Origin: Bacillota bacterium
GTDB taxonomy: Bacteria; Bacillota; Bacilli; Bacillales; Bacillaceae_B
Assembly (NCBI GenBank): GCA_051750565.1
Contig: JBNJJV010000007.1
Span: forward strand, 98,901 to 162,900
DNA: 64,000 nucleotides
Direction of reading: 5' to 3'
The notes under the pieces were generated by a model. The model was not told the DNA's origin and ran no database searches. It saw nothing but the letters and a program-made list of their open reading frames with translations. Below are positions 36,514 through 45,809 of this stretch, piece after piece (position 1 is the first letter of the stretch; every line of letters begins with the position of its first letter). The position numbers and the translations under genes are program-made.

Positions 36514-36870
36514 ATGTCTGCTGTTAAACATGATGTGTTTCAAGCTATTGCAGACCCGACCCGCCGGGAAGTGCTTCGACTACTTTCCGAAAAAGAGATG
36601 CCCATCTCCGCCCTGACCTCTCACTTCCCTATGAGCCGGACCGCCATTGCGAAGCATCTAACCATTCTTTCTGAAGCTGAATTGGTAAAGGGAGAAAAGG
36701 TCGGAAGGGAAAAAATCTATCATCTGCAGCCGGAGCCATTGGCAAAATTACAGGACTGGCTATCGTATTATGAGCGGTTCTGGACCAATAAGTTGTCCAA
36801 GCTGAGACATATCGTAGAGGATAATGATAGTGAACCTCAAATCAAAGTGGTTGCGACTGACGAAGATTGA
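36514..36870 (+). CDS. ArsR/SmtB-family transcriptional regulator
   Basis: VFQAIADPTRREVLRLLSEKEMPISALTSHFPMSRTAIAKHLTILSEAELV... The ATG directly follows the upstream TAA. Confidence 0.8.
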   Translation: MSAVKHDVFQAIADPTRREVLRLLSEKEMPISALTSHFPMSRTAIAKHLTILSEAELVKGEKVGREKIYHLQPEPLAKLQDWLSYYERFWTNKLSKLRHIVEDNDSEPQIKVVATDED

Positions 36871-36877
36871 TCATGAA

Positions 36878-36908
36878 GAGGGACGGACCTTTACAAGGTC
36901 CGTCCCTC
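36878..36908. repeat. Minimal GAGGGACGGACC hairpin (12-bp arms, 7-nt loop); bidirectional terminator position
   Basis: GAGGGACGGACC-tttacaa-GGTCCGTCCCTC lies between convergent genes, 7 and 4 nt from the two stops. Confidence 0.85.
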
Positions 36909-36912
36909 TCCT

Positions 36913-37281
36913 TTAATACACTTTCGCCACAATCACCATGGAGAGGAATACGGTCATGATGGAAATGGAAGTAAGGATGTTTAATAGATTCATTGCCGTT
37001 AGCCCGATTAGGTCGAACTGCAGGACTGTCATAAGAACGACATGAACTGTCATGATGGCAAAGAAGGAGTAAAACATTCCTTTTTCCCGTATCATCTTCA
37101 TCCGCTCATCCTTTTGCTTAAACTGTGGATGAAGATAATGCATGCAAAAGCTTAAAACAGTCAAGGACATAGGTGTAAGGGCATAATAAGGAAACTCTTT
37201 TGTCATGATGCCTGCTATGAACATAAAAACAGTCTGAAGTGCAAGAAACCACCCCGCAATAAGGTAAATTTTTGTTTGCAC
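36913..37281 (-). CDS. Small 4-TM membrane protein partnered with an XRE regulator
   Basis: The GTG start overlaps the TAG of the upstream xre gene (TAGTG). The protein is hydrophobic; 122 aa. Confidence 0.65.
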   Translation of the reverse strand: MQTKIYLIAGWFLALQTVFMFIAGIMTKEFPYYALTPMSLTVLSFCMHYLHPQFKQKDERMKMIREKGMFYSFFAIMTVHVVLMTVLQFDLIGLTAMNLLNILTSISIMTVFLSMVIVAKVY

Positions 37282-37490
37282 TATTTCTCCTCCATTCTCT
37301 CTTCGTATACAAAAATTTCTTCTATTGACATTTCGAACACTTGAGCAAGTTGAAATGCAAGTTTCAAAGAAGGGTCATACTTCCCTTTTTCAATTGAAAT
37401 GATAGTTTGTCTTGAAACTCCTAATTTAGCTGCCAATCCTTCCTGGGAGTATCCCAACGTCTTCCGGTATTCTACTAGTTTATTTTTCAA
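37281..37490 (-). CDS. XRE-family HTH transcriptional regulator
   Basis: MKNKLVEYRKTLGYSQEGLAAKLGVSRQTIISIEKGKYDPSLKLAFQLAQVF... Confidence 0.85.
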   Translation of the reverse strand: MKNKLVEYRKTLGYSQEGLAAKLGVSRQTIISIEKGKYDPSLKLAFQLAQVFEMSIEEIFVYEERMEEK

Positions 37491-37522
37491 AGAAGGATAC
37501 CTCCTTATATTTCCATATCATA

Positions 37523-37558
37523 ATGTAAAGGAAACTTAACGTCAAGGTTCCTTTACAT
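37523..37558. promoter_or_regulatory. Inverted repeat ATGTAAAGGAA-N14-TTCCTTTACAT (candidate XRE operator)
   Basis: Perfect 11-bp arms lie in the divergent promoter region between xre and the 37630 gene. Confidence 0.45.
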
Positions 37559-37629
37559 ATTTTGAACGAAACTTTTTTACCATTCAATCGTATACCTTAC
37601 TAACTAACAAAATAAGGGATGTGAACTGG

Positions 37630-38607
37630 ATGGAAGATGTGATGAGCAAAGTGAAGAAATATAAGGATATTTATTCACAATTAAAGAAGCGATTGCGCTG
37701 GAAGGTATCGGATTCCCGTTCTTTAATGATGGTCGCTTCGTTGTACGTAACGAATGAACGAGCTTTTGACCTCGACCGTTTTGTAGAGGTCAGTGATTAT
37801 ATTAAAAATGAAGTCGGTGCATTTTCGACGTTAAAGCATGAAATCCGATTTACCTTTGCGGCGATGCTTGATACACGTTTTGAAACGCCAGAATCAAAGT
37901 TCCATGAATTCCTTGCCTTATATGATTCTTTAGTAGAAGCTGGATTTTCAAGAGGAACGTTCACCTATATAGCAGCCATGACCCTGCTTTCGAATGATGA
38001 TTACAGTACAGACCTGTCCTATCATGCAATGAAGGTGTATAAAAAAATGAGAGAGCAGCATTTCTTTTTAACAGGGCATAGTGATTATCCCTTTGCCACT
38101 CTGCTGGCTCAAAGAGAAGAGGACCAGAGTGAGTTGATCTATACGATTGAAGGCTTCTATACGAAATTGAACGATGCCGGATTCAGGAAAGGGAATGATC
38201 TCCAAAGCATGAGTCACATCCTTTCCCTGCACGATGAAGCGTCTCAAGATAAGCTTGTCAGCCGCTGCATCTATTTGTTTGACACCATGAAGCAAGCAGG
38301 CATCAAGACGAAGGCGATGTTCTATCCTCAAATCGCTCTATTATCTTTTGTGAATGCCGACTCGAACTTAGTGAATCAAGTAAAGGATGTTTGGGAAGAA
38401 CTTAACTCTGAAAAGCACTTCAAGTGGCGCAAAGATATCAATTTGATGATGGCCGTGAACCTTTTGATCAGTGATAAGATTGAGAACTCTACTATGATGC
38501 AAGCGAGTTTATCGACTGCCATTGAGACACTCATACAAGCGCAGCAAGCAACGATGATTGCAACCATTTCGGCTGTATCCGTGACAACCGCCGGTGGAGA
38601 TTCGTGA
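37630..38607 (+). CDS. Hypothetical protein (possibly DUF4003 family)
   Basis: MEDVMSKVKKYKDIYSQLKKRLRWKVSDSRSLMMVASLYV... The start is ambiguous (GTG 37621, ATG 37630 or 37642). The family guess is from memory only. Confidence 0.6.
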   Translation: MEDVMSKVKKYKDIYSQLKKRLRWKVSDSRSLMMVASLYVTNERAFDLDRFVEVSDYIKNEVGAFSTLKHEIRFTFAAMLDTRFETPESKFHEFLALYDSLVEAGFSRGTFTYIAAMTLLSNDDYSTDLSYHAMKVYKKMREQHFFLTGHSDYPFATLLAQREEDQSELIYTIEGFYTKLNDAGFRKGNDLQSMSHILSLHDEASQDKLVSRCIYLFDTMKQAGIKTKAMFYPQIALLSFVNADSNLVNQVKDVWEELNSEKHFKWRKDINLMMAVNLLISDKIENSTMMQASLSTAIETLIQAQQATMIATISAVSVTTAGGDS

Positions 38608-38608
38608 T

Positions 38609-38805
38609 ATGGATCCGATCTAGGTTTCCCAACAGCCGTAACCATATTGGTGCTGATCGGTGTTTATAAGGTGTTTGTTAAAAAGAAAAGCGTCTCCCTC
38701 TTTTACACACCGTTTGATCAAGTGACTGGACAGACGGAAGTGGAATTTCATGAGGAGCAAGAAGTGATTGTGGATGATGAGGATCAAGATGAAAGGAAAA
38801 AGTAG
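38609..38805 (+). pseudogene. Small membrane-anchored acidic-tail protein, frameshifted after codon 4
   Basis: GGTGGAG-N9-ATG(38609) GAT CCG ATC TAG. The 38608 frame continues as ..DLGFPTAVTILVLIGVYKVFVKKKSVSLFYTPFDQVTGQTEVEFHEEQEVIVDDEDQDERKK* but has no start codon. Confidence 0.5.
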
Positions 38806-38883
38806 GGAAACCTCTTATTCCCCCTCCAAATAAGCCTAAATTCCTGTTACCATTTAATAGCAATTTAATTGGGAGTGGATATA

Positions 38884-39054
38884 TTGAGGTTTTTATTTAT
38901 TTTACTTGGGTTTATTTTAGGAGGAGTCTTCGCTTTCATTGGTCCTGAAGTCGCCATTTGTGCCCTTTTAGGAGCAATACTATTTTTACTTATTTATGAT
39001 GGAATCGACTTTAACTATTGCATGAAGAATGTAAAAGATTCTCAAATGAAATGA
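38884..39054 (+). CDS. Small hydrophobic protein (weak call)
   Basis: It has a TTG start after GGGAGTGG: (M)RFLFILLGFILGGVFAFIGPEVAICALLGAILFLLIYDG... Confidence 0.3.
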   Translation: MRFLFILLGFILGGVFAFIGPEVAICALLGAILFLLIYDGIDFNYCMKNVKDSQMK

Positions 39055-39072
39055 GAAAAAATGAGGGACGGA

Positions 39073-39448
39073 ATTTTATACGTTGTAAACAGTGTTCGTG
39101 ATATCACCGAACTCTTAACATTAAAGCTTCAAATCGATGAGCTGCAAGAACTAAAGAACCTCCTCCAAAGTTCGAATGCCACGTTTTCTAATGAAGCAGA
39201 GAAGTCATCCATCTATTCCAGTGAAGGATGAAGAAGGTATTTACCATCATTGATCGAGTAGCGAAAACCGATGCAAAAGTTCTCTTGCAGGGGGAAACCG
39301 GTGTCGGGAAAACGATGATTGCAAAATACATACACGAGCATTCGAATCGTTCGACCGCCAGTTTTCTAGAGCTTAACTGCGGAGCCTTCCCTCCAAGTTT
39401 AATAGAGGCAGAATTATTCGGGTATGAATCAGGTGCTTTATCTAAAGG
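39073..39448 (+). pseudogene. Fragment copy of the sigma-54 activator gene (paralogous to 51061-51449)
   Basis: It is roughly 90% identical by eye to the 50521-52125 gene over about 376 bp. It has a 1-nt deletion (GTGAAGGATG vs GTGAAAGGATG) and a 12-nt deletion that removes the SFTG of the GAFTGA loop. Confidence 0.85.
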
Positions 39449-39490
39449 CGGAGATTCTTAATATGAAGTCTATCGATCAGCTGAATAACG

Positions 39491-39521
39491 GAGGGACGGA
39501 CCTTTTCAAGGTCCGTCCCTC
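39491..39521. repeat. Minimal GAGGGACGGACC hairpin
   Basis: GAGGGACGGACC-ttttcaa-GGTCCGTCCCTC lies 8 nt from the deoR stop. Confidence 0.85.
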
Positions 39522-39529
39522 CTCTTATT

Positions 39530-40306
39530 TCACCCGATAACCCATTTCTTTTTCAGTATTGCATCTTCCCATTCTTCGGGAGCATCTACGTCGCTGATGA
39601 TGAAGTCAAATTGGTTAAATTCTGCTATTCGATAAGTGGCTTTGACCCCGATTTTCACGCTGTCAGCCAGCAAGTATGTGTGAGTGGCATTGCGTAGGTA
39701 TACTTGTGCTAATTGGGATTTTTCCAGGTCGTAGCTCATGACTCCTTTAGGATGGAATAATCCATCTGTAGAAATAAATGCCTTGTCTGCCCAAAATTCT
39801 TTGGCGATTTTTTCTGTCAGGGATCCTCCCGAACGATAGTGAAGGGGCTGTACACTTCCGCCGATAAAAACGATTTCCCCATCAAATTGGTTATGGTTCG
39901 AGTAAGAAATCAGTGCGGATGCTACTGGAAATGAATTCGTAATCACGGTGATATTGTGCTTAGCACATAACCCTTTTATCATTTGTAACGGTGTACTTCC
40001 TTCATCTATGATAATGACGTCATTGTCTTCAATAAACTGAAGTGCCCTGTCAGCTATCTTCTTCTTTTCATTGATCCGTACGATTTCTCTTTCATATAAC
40101 GCAGGCTCTCCAGTATCTTCCTCTATTTTCACGGCTCCACCGTAGACTTTTTTCAGCTTTTGCTCACTTTCCAACTCCTCTAAATATCTTCTGATGGTTT
40201 CTGTTGAAACATCAAATTTTTCTGCTAGTTCAGCCACACGGACCTGACCATATTCTTCCAGGTCTGACTGGATGATCTTTTTACGTTCTTCTGCTAAAAG
40301 TGACAT
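39530..40306 (-). CDS. DeoR-family transcriptional regulator
   Basis: MSLLAEERKKIIQSDLEEYGQVRVAELAEKFDVSTETIRRYLEELE... plus a DeoR C-terminal sensor domain. Confidence 0.85.
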   Translation of the reverse strand: MSLLAEERKKIIQSDLEEYGQVRVAELAEKFDVSTETIRRYLEELESEQKLKKVYGGAVKIEEDTGEPALYEREIVRINEKKKIADRALQFIEDNDVIIIDEGSTPLQMIKGLCAKHNITVITNSFPVASALISYSNHNQFDGEIVFIGGSVQPLHYRSGGSLTEKIAKEFWADKAFISTDGLFHPKGVMSYDLEKSQLAQVYLRNATHTYLLADSVKIGVKATYRIAEFNQFDFIISDVDAPEEWEDAILKKKWVIG

Positions 40307-40326
40307 TGAAATTCTCCTTAAATCTC

Positions 40327-41508
40327 TTAAGCTTTATAAGGTTTACCTATTATTTCTCTTTTTTTATGTATAAAAATATCCCGTTTTTCTAATTCTTCAA
40401 AAAATTCTTTCGGATCCTGAAAGGCATCCTCAGGAATGATGATTCCTGTGTCTTTTACTTTTCCTTCCGCTATCATCCCAGTGGCAATGGCAAAAGGAAT
40501 GGCTACATTTCGAGTATACGCTCTAAGTCCTTCCCAGCCCATTACTGAGCCATCTGATAATGGATGCGTATGGTAGAGTGTATGCTTTACTTTTTCATCG
40601 TTTTTCTCACCCACTACCTCAATGTGTAAGGCATACCCGTATAGATCCGTTTCGTTCCCTTCCTTGGATTGATGCAAATATGTCGCTAAAACGTCCATGA
40701 CCCCGACCTCCTTTCCGTTGATTTCAACCTTGTCGTTTCTCAAAATACCATATTCATATAAGGACTTAATCAAGTTCATGTTTTTCTCTGGCCATGTTCC
40801 ACGGACTTCAATGAGTTGAACTCCTTTGGATCTTAATGCTTTAGCCAGGGTTTTCGTCTCAGCATGAGGAATGATATATTGAATTCCTTCTCCATAAGGT
40901 TCGGGTAACTCAATTTTTCTTGGACGGGCAAATGGAGGAACCTGAATGAATTTACCATTCTCATATACCACTCTACCCGGAAGTTTAGGATCGTACTCAT
41001 AGGTTGTCGTCTCTGTAATCGATTTAGAAAAGGCAATCGGGCGATAGGAACCATGACTGACCCGCACACTCTCAACCTTATCTAGTTGATTGGTAGCATG
41101 AATAGCCATAAGTTGTGTCAGTCCGGGAGTCATTCCAAATCCAGGGAGACAAGTCCTTCCTTTTTCCTTGAACAGATCGTGATAGGCATCCTCTTCTCCG
41201 AAGCCATTCAGGTTGATTCCGTGGCATCCCGCTTCGGCTATACAAGCCGTCGTTTTCCCATTTAATGCAATGGTGGTGCCATCCATGACAATGTCATAGC
41301 CTCTCATCTTTGAAACCGTATCCTCATGGTCATGAACATTCACTTTCACAAAATTCACCCGGGGATCATTTAACCATTCAACTACTTTTTTTCCTTCATC
41401 CTCGTTATAATCGGCGACTGTAATAAGGTCAAAATCAGAGTGGGTCACTAAATCCAAAATCGCCTCCCGGGCTATCTTCCCGGCTCCTCCTAAACAAAAT
41501 ACCTTCAT
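40327..41508 (-). CDS. Saccharopine dehydrogenase-like NAD(P)-binding oxidoreductase
   Basis: MKVFCLGGAGKIAREAILDLV... is a Rossmann fold; 393 aa. The Sacchrp_dh-like architecture is assigned by eye. Confidence 0.7.
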   Translation of the reverse strand: MKVFCLGGAGKIAREAILDLVTHSDFDLITVADYNEDEGKKVVEWLNDPRVNFVKVNVHDHEDTVSKMRGYDIVMDGTTIALNGKTTACIAEAGCHGINLNGFGEEDAYHDLFKEKGRTCLPGFGMTPGLTQLMAIHATNQLDKVESVRVSHGSYRPIAFSKSITETTTYEYDPKLPGRVVYENGKFIQVPPFARPRKIELPEPYGEGIQYIIPHAETKTLAKALRSKGVQLIEVRGTWPEKNMNLIKSLYEYGILRNDKVEINGKEVGVMDVLATYLHQSKEGNETDLYGYALHIEVVGEKNDEKVKHTLYHTHPLSDGSVMGWEGLRAYTRNVAIPFAIATGMIAEGKVKDTGIIIPEDAFQDPKEFFEELEKRDIFIHKKREIIGKPYKA

Positions 41509-41570
41509 GAGATCATGGCTCCTTCTCTATAGTTGATATTCTTGAATGGCACTTATCAATTTGAAATCTC

Positions 41571-41675
41571 TTACCTCTCTTCAAAGATTTTAATAAATAC
41601 ATGCAGGGGAGCAAAGCACCCATAATCAATGGTTGTTCCAGCCCAGTCAAACATAACTCCGTCTACTTTTCTCAT
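41571..41675 (-). pseudogene. phnX: Phosphonoacetaldehyde hydrolase (PhnX) N-terminal stub, 34 codons
   Basis: AAGGAGA..ATG(41675): MRKVDGVMFDWAGTTIDYGCFAPLHVFIKIFEER*. This matches the PhnX N-terminus (..VIFDWAGTTVDYGCFAPLEVFM.IF..RG). The remaining ~230 codons are absent. Confidence 0.75.
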
Positions 41676-41695
41676 TCTTTCATTCTCCTTTTCTC

Positions 41696-43450
41696 TTATC
41701 TTTGCCATAAGGCATTCCTTTTTCTGATTCCATTTAAAGCCCATTCATATAACACTCTTACCACTATATTTGTCAGAACGATGAGTACGCTCATGGCTGC
41801 TGCTGATGCCAGATTTCCTGCATCGTCCATATTCACAATGGAGATGGCTGCCAGTTTAAAGTCTGCAGAGTAGAGAAAAACAACGGCAGAAATGGTGACC
41901 ATACTGTTAACAAAGTAGAACATGGCAATCTCAAGAATCGCGGGCAGACACATAGGGATCGTAACCCTGAACACCGTTTTATAAAACGGGACTCCCATTG
42001 ATTCTGATACAAGCTCGAATTCCTTATCTAATTTCTTCAATGAAGTGGTAGCCGTAACGAAAGCCACCGAATAAAAGTGCACAATATTGGCAAGAACGAT
42101 GATGGCTATCGTTCCATATATAAAGTGAAACGGATTTGAAAAATTGATTCCTAATAGGTTGATTTCAGGTTTGCTGAAAAAGAAGATGTAGCTGATCCCT
42201 ACCACAAGTCCGGGTACGGAAAGTGGAATGATTGAAAACAAGTAGCCCAGTCTACGAAGCTGAGTCAATTTCCGTATCTTTTCAATGGTATAGGCGAATA
42301 TAAAAGTGAAAATCGTCCCAAAGAATGCGGTTAACCCGGCAGCTAGTAAACTATTCTTATACGCTGCCAATCCATCCCCTGAAAGACTGGTAAACTTGAA
42401 GTGATCGAGGGTAACCCCCATATTATATGGCCAGATTTTCACACTTGCCGCTACCAATACAGCGAAGAATAATAGAAAAATAAATCCTGTAAAAAGAAAG
42501 CAATAAGCGAATGCAAGGAAATCTCTACCTTTATTTCGATTTATTTTGTAAGCCATTGATTTCGAAGTAACGTATGTTGATTGTTTCTTTTGAACAAATT
42601 GATCCACAAAGAAAGCAAGCAGGGCGGGAAGCATTAAAATGACACCAACCGTTGCTCCCATGGAAAGATTTTGTTGACCGACCACTTGTTTATAAATGTC
42701 TGTGGCCAGGACATTGAACTGTCCACCCACTACTTTAGGTGCGCCATAGTCTGTAAAACTTAATGTAAATACGACAAACATCGAACTGATCAAACCATAC
42801 TTTGCGCTTGGGAGGGTTATCGTTGTAAATTGTTTAAGCTTACTGCTCCCTAACGTATTTGCTGCTTCATACAATCGATAATCTGTGTGTTGCAAAGTAA
42901 TATACAAAATAAGGAACGCTTGTGGAAACGTATAAACGGTTTCCGCTAAGATAATTCCAATCGGTCCATACAGTTCAAATTGAAATCCAGGTATCGCCCC
43001 CAAAAAACCATTCGTGATCAACCCCTGATTCCCAAACAGATACATTAGTCCGATTCCATGCATCATCGTAGGAGCAAACAACGGTAGCAATGCTGAGTAT
43101 CGATAAAACGTCTTCCCTATCATTCTCGTTCTCGTCAAGGCATAGGCATATCCGAAAGCCAAGCCCACCGAAAGAACCATCGTAATGCTGGATACATAGA
43201 CTGTGTTCTGCAGGGATGCAACAAGAGTAGGGGTCTTAAAATACTGGATGAAGTTGCTCAATCCAGCAAAATTCCCTTCCCGATCAAATAGGGTTTGACT
43301 GAACAGGGCGGATAAAGGTAGAACAAGTGTCACAACAAATGATAGAATCACGAACACAATGAGAATCGTTTGAATCTGCTCATTTTTCCCCTGACGAGTC
43401 CTCTTTTTATTCAAACGTCTGACAAAATCCAATCTTTTCACCAATTCCAT
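41696..43450 (-). CDS. ABC transporter fused double permease (FbpB/PhnU-like, 12 TM)
   Basis: The protein is 584 aa and contains two BPD_transp_1-type halves. Confidence 0.85.
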   Translation of the reverse strand: MELVKRLDFVRRLNKKRTRQGKNEQIQTILIVFVILSFVVTLVLPLSALFSQTLFDREGNFAGLSNFIQYFKTPTLVASLQNTVYVSSITMVLSVGLAFGYAYALTRTRMIGKTFYRYSALLPLFAPTMMHGIGLMYLFGNQGLITNGFLGAIPGFQFELYGPIGIILAETVYTFPQAFLILYITLQHTDYRLYEAANTLGSSKLKQFTTITLPSAKYGLISSMFVVFTLSFTDYGAPKVVGGQFNVLATDIYKQVVGQQNLSMGATVGVILMLPALLAFFVDQFVQKKQSTYVTSKSMAYKINRNKGRDFLAFAYCFLFTGFIFLLFFAVLVAASVKIWPYNMGVTLDHFKFTSLSGDGLAAYKNSLLAAGLTAFFGTIFTFIFAYTIEKIRKLTQLRRLGYLFSIIPLSVPGLVVGISYIFFFSKPEINLLGINFSNPFHFIYGTIAIIVLANIVHFYSVAFVTATTSLKKLDKEFELVSESMGVPFYKTVFRVTIPMCLPAILEIAMFYFVNSMVTISAVVFLYSADFKLAAISIVNMDDAGNLASAAAMSVLIVLTNIVVRVLYEWALNGIRKRNALWQR

Positions 43451-44461
43451 TTAATAAACCACCTGTTCTTTATAAGATAGAACTTGGGCCTCAGGAAATT
43501 GCACGTAAATGGTAGACCCGATTTGTAAGTCCAACTCTTTAATGAACGAGGCAAATAAATCTGCCTCCACTATTTGGTTGTGTAGTTGGGAAGAAAGATC
43601 TGTAATCTTCAGCTGGAGTCGATAGGTCGAGCCCCTGAATTCCATCGTTTGAACGACTGCTTCGATTCCTTTAATATGGGAAAGCTGAATATGTTCAGGG
43701 CGAATCGCCTGCGTCAAACCGCCTTCTAAGTGATTCCACATATTGATCGACCCGATGAAGTCCGCTACAAAAGGATTCTTTGGACGATAATAGATCTCTT
43801 CAGGCGTTCCCACCTGCATGACTTCTGCATTGTTCATCACGACCACTTTGTCTGCCATCGTTAACGCTTCCTCCTGGTCATGAGTCACCATGATCGTGGT
43901 TATCCCCAGATTATCTTGAATCTCTCTGATTTCATAACGAAGCTTTTGCCTTACCTTTGCATCCAAAGCAGATAAAGGTTCGTCCAATAATAAGAAAGAG
44001 GGGGATAAGGCAATCGCTCTTGCTAATGCCACCCTCTGCTGCTGACCACCTGATAAATGAGCAGGATATTTATCTTTTATATGTTCAAGATCTACCATTT
44101 GAAGTGCTTCAATCGCTTTCTGTTTTCGTTCGGCTTTAGAAACTTTTTTATTTTTCAATCCATATTCAACATTTTGGATGGCTGTGAGATTAGGAAATAA
44201 GGCGTATGATTGAAACACGATGCCAAACTCTCTTCGCGCCGGGGGGAGATGTAATAATTCTCCGCCTTGTTTTTTGATCGACCCCTTGTCCGCTTCCTCA
44301 AGTCCTGCAATGATCCGTAAAAGTGTTGTTTTGCCGCACCCACTGGGACCTAATAAACAAACAAATTCATTTTTTTGAATATCGAAAGAAATATTCCGCA
44401 AAGCTTGGAAATCTCCAAATGTTTTCGAAATGTTCCTGATTTCTAAGAACGGCTGTACCAT
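43451..44461 (-). CDS. ABC transporter ATP-binding protein (PotA/FbpC-like with C-terminal TOBE-type domain)
   Basis: Walker A is GPSGCGKTT, the signature is LSGGQQQRVALARA and Walker B is LLLDEP. Confidence 0.9.
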   Translation of the reverse strand: MVQPFLEIRNISKTFGDFQALRNISFDIQKNEFVCLLGPSGCGKTTLLRIIAGLEEADKGSIKKQGGELLHLPPARREFGIVFQSYALFPNLTAIQNVEYGLKNKKVSKAERKQKAIEALQMVDLEHIKDKYPAHLSGGQQQRVALARAIALSPSFLLLDEPLSALDAKVRQKLRYEIREIQDNLGITTIMVTHDQEEALTMADKVVVMNNAEVMQVGTPEEIYYRPKNPFVADFIGSINMWNHLEGGLTQAIRPEHIQLSHIKGIEAVVQTMEFRGSTYRLQLKITDLSSQLHNQIVEADLFASFIKELDLQIGSTIYVQFPEAQVLSYKEQVVY

Positions 44462-44537
44462 ACTTTTTCCTCTCCATTTCTTGAACCTATCCCCCTGTAG
44501 AAGAGGGGTGTCTTCTGCAGGAGGACATAGGGGTCAA

Positions 44538-45605
44538 TTATTCCTTCGGTTCAGCCTTACTTCCAAAGCTGGAATCCCATTTTTCTAAGATGCTGTCGCG
44601 ATTCTCCGCGGCCCAGTTCAGGTCATTTTCTTTATACATCTTTTCTTCAACCCCGGAAGGGAAGCCATCCGGTTTTGGAAAATCATTTTCCATTGTAGAG
44701 AACCCGTTGGCATCATAATATTTCTTCATCACCTCGTCCGTAATCGCCCAGTCTAAAAATGCTTTTGCTAATTCTTCATTGTTGCCTTCTTTCTTAATAA
44801 GGGCATTCGCTTCTACTTCCCAGCCCAGACCCTCTTCAGGAAGAATCACTTCAACAGGTGCTCCTTGCTGCTTTTGAGTTACTCCGCTGTAAACTAGGGA
44901 GATGCCAATCGGGAACTCACCTGTTGCTGCAAGCTTTGCAGGCTTGGAACCGGAATGTGTGTACGTTGCGACATTTTCATGAAGTTTGCTCATATAATTC
45001 CAGCCTTTTTCTTCACCCATCATTTGCACCCAAGCAGATGATGTCAGGAATCCTGTACCGGATGAAGCTGGATAAGGCATAACGATTAACTCCTTATATT
45101 CAGGTTTTAATAGATCTTTATATGTCTTAGGTGCTTCGATTCCAAGCTTTTCAAGCTCAGCTGTGTTGATGACAATGCCTGTCATGAACGCCGTATTTCC
45201 TACCCATTTCATTGGTTCATTTGAATCTTTGTAAGGATCAAGGATCTTCTCACTGCCCTCTGGCGTATATTTTGCCAGCATATCCTTCTGATCCAGGGCG
45301 AGTAAGCTGGAAGCTGCAAGGCCCCATACCACATCTGCACTTGTATTTTTCCCTTCAGAAAGAAGCTTTGCCGTGATGATACCGGTTGAATCTCGAACCA
45401 TGTTTAATTTGACATTAGGATACATTTCTTCAAATGATTTTGTGTATTCAGGGATTAATTCCTCTTCAATTGCTGTATAGACCGTTAATTCTCCAGAAAG
45501 TTCTTCATTGGCCCCTGCCGCTTCTTTTGACATTTCTTTTCCACAAGCTGCTAGTAAACAGACAGCCATCACTAGAAAAATTAATTTCTTCGTATACACC
45601 TTCAT
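44538..45605 (-). CDS. ABC transporter substrate-binding lipoprotein (putative 2-aminoethylphosphonate/Fe3+-type family)
   Basis: MKVYTKKLIFLVMAVCLLAACGKE carries a lipobox. ATG 45605 lies 10 nt after AAGGAG. Confidence 0.8.
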   Translation of the reverse strand: MKVYTKKLIFLVMAVCLLAACGKEMSKEAAGANEELSGELTVYTAIEEELIPEYTKSFEEMYPNVKLNMVRDSTGIITAKLLSEGKNTSADVVWGLAASSLLALDQKDMLAKYTPEGSEKILDPYKDSNEPMKWVGNTAFMTGIVINTAELEKLGIEAPKTYKDLLKPEYKELIVMPYPASSGTGFLTSSAWVQMMGEEKGWNYMSKLHENVATYTHSGSKPAKLAATGEFPIGISLVYSGVTQKQQGAPVEVILPEEGLGWEVEANALIKKEGNNEELAKAFLDWAITDEVMKKYYDANGFSTMENDFPKPDGFPSGVEEKMYKENDLNWAAENRDSILEKWDSSFGSKAEPKE

Positions 45606-45809
45606 ATTGAACACTCTCCTTTAGATTCTTTGTAATAGTTCAGTAGATTCCTGTAAATTACGGTATCGTTCTTTCATGATAAAAGTTTGATCCTTGCTTT
45701 TGTTTTTGTTGTTTTAATTTGTTTTTGTTTGCTTCACACTTAAAATTTACTTGTTATTTTTTAATCTCAAATAAATACCATATTAATTTATTGTAAATTT
45801 GTTGTTGTT

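Noticed and set aside
20060-38607. Three in-frame TGAs (20060-62, 24276-78, 38605-07) as selenocysteine or TGA recoding
   Set aside because: TGA clearly terminates many intact genes here (for example glcF at 13177 and the response regulator's own end at 24513). I saw no SECIS-like hairpin directly downstream. The contexts (a TM helix, a domain linker, a gene junction with a frameshifted ATG) fit nonsense or frameshift lesions better.
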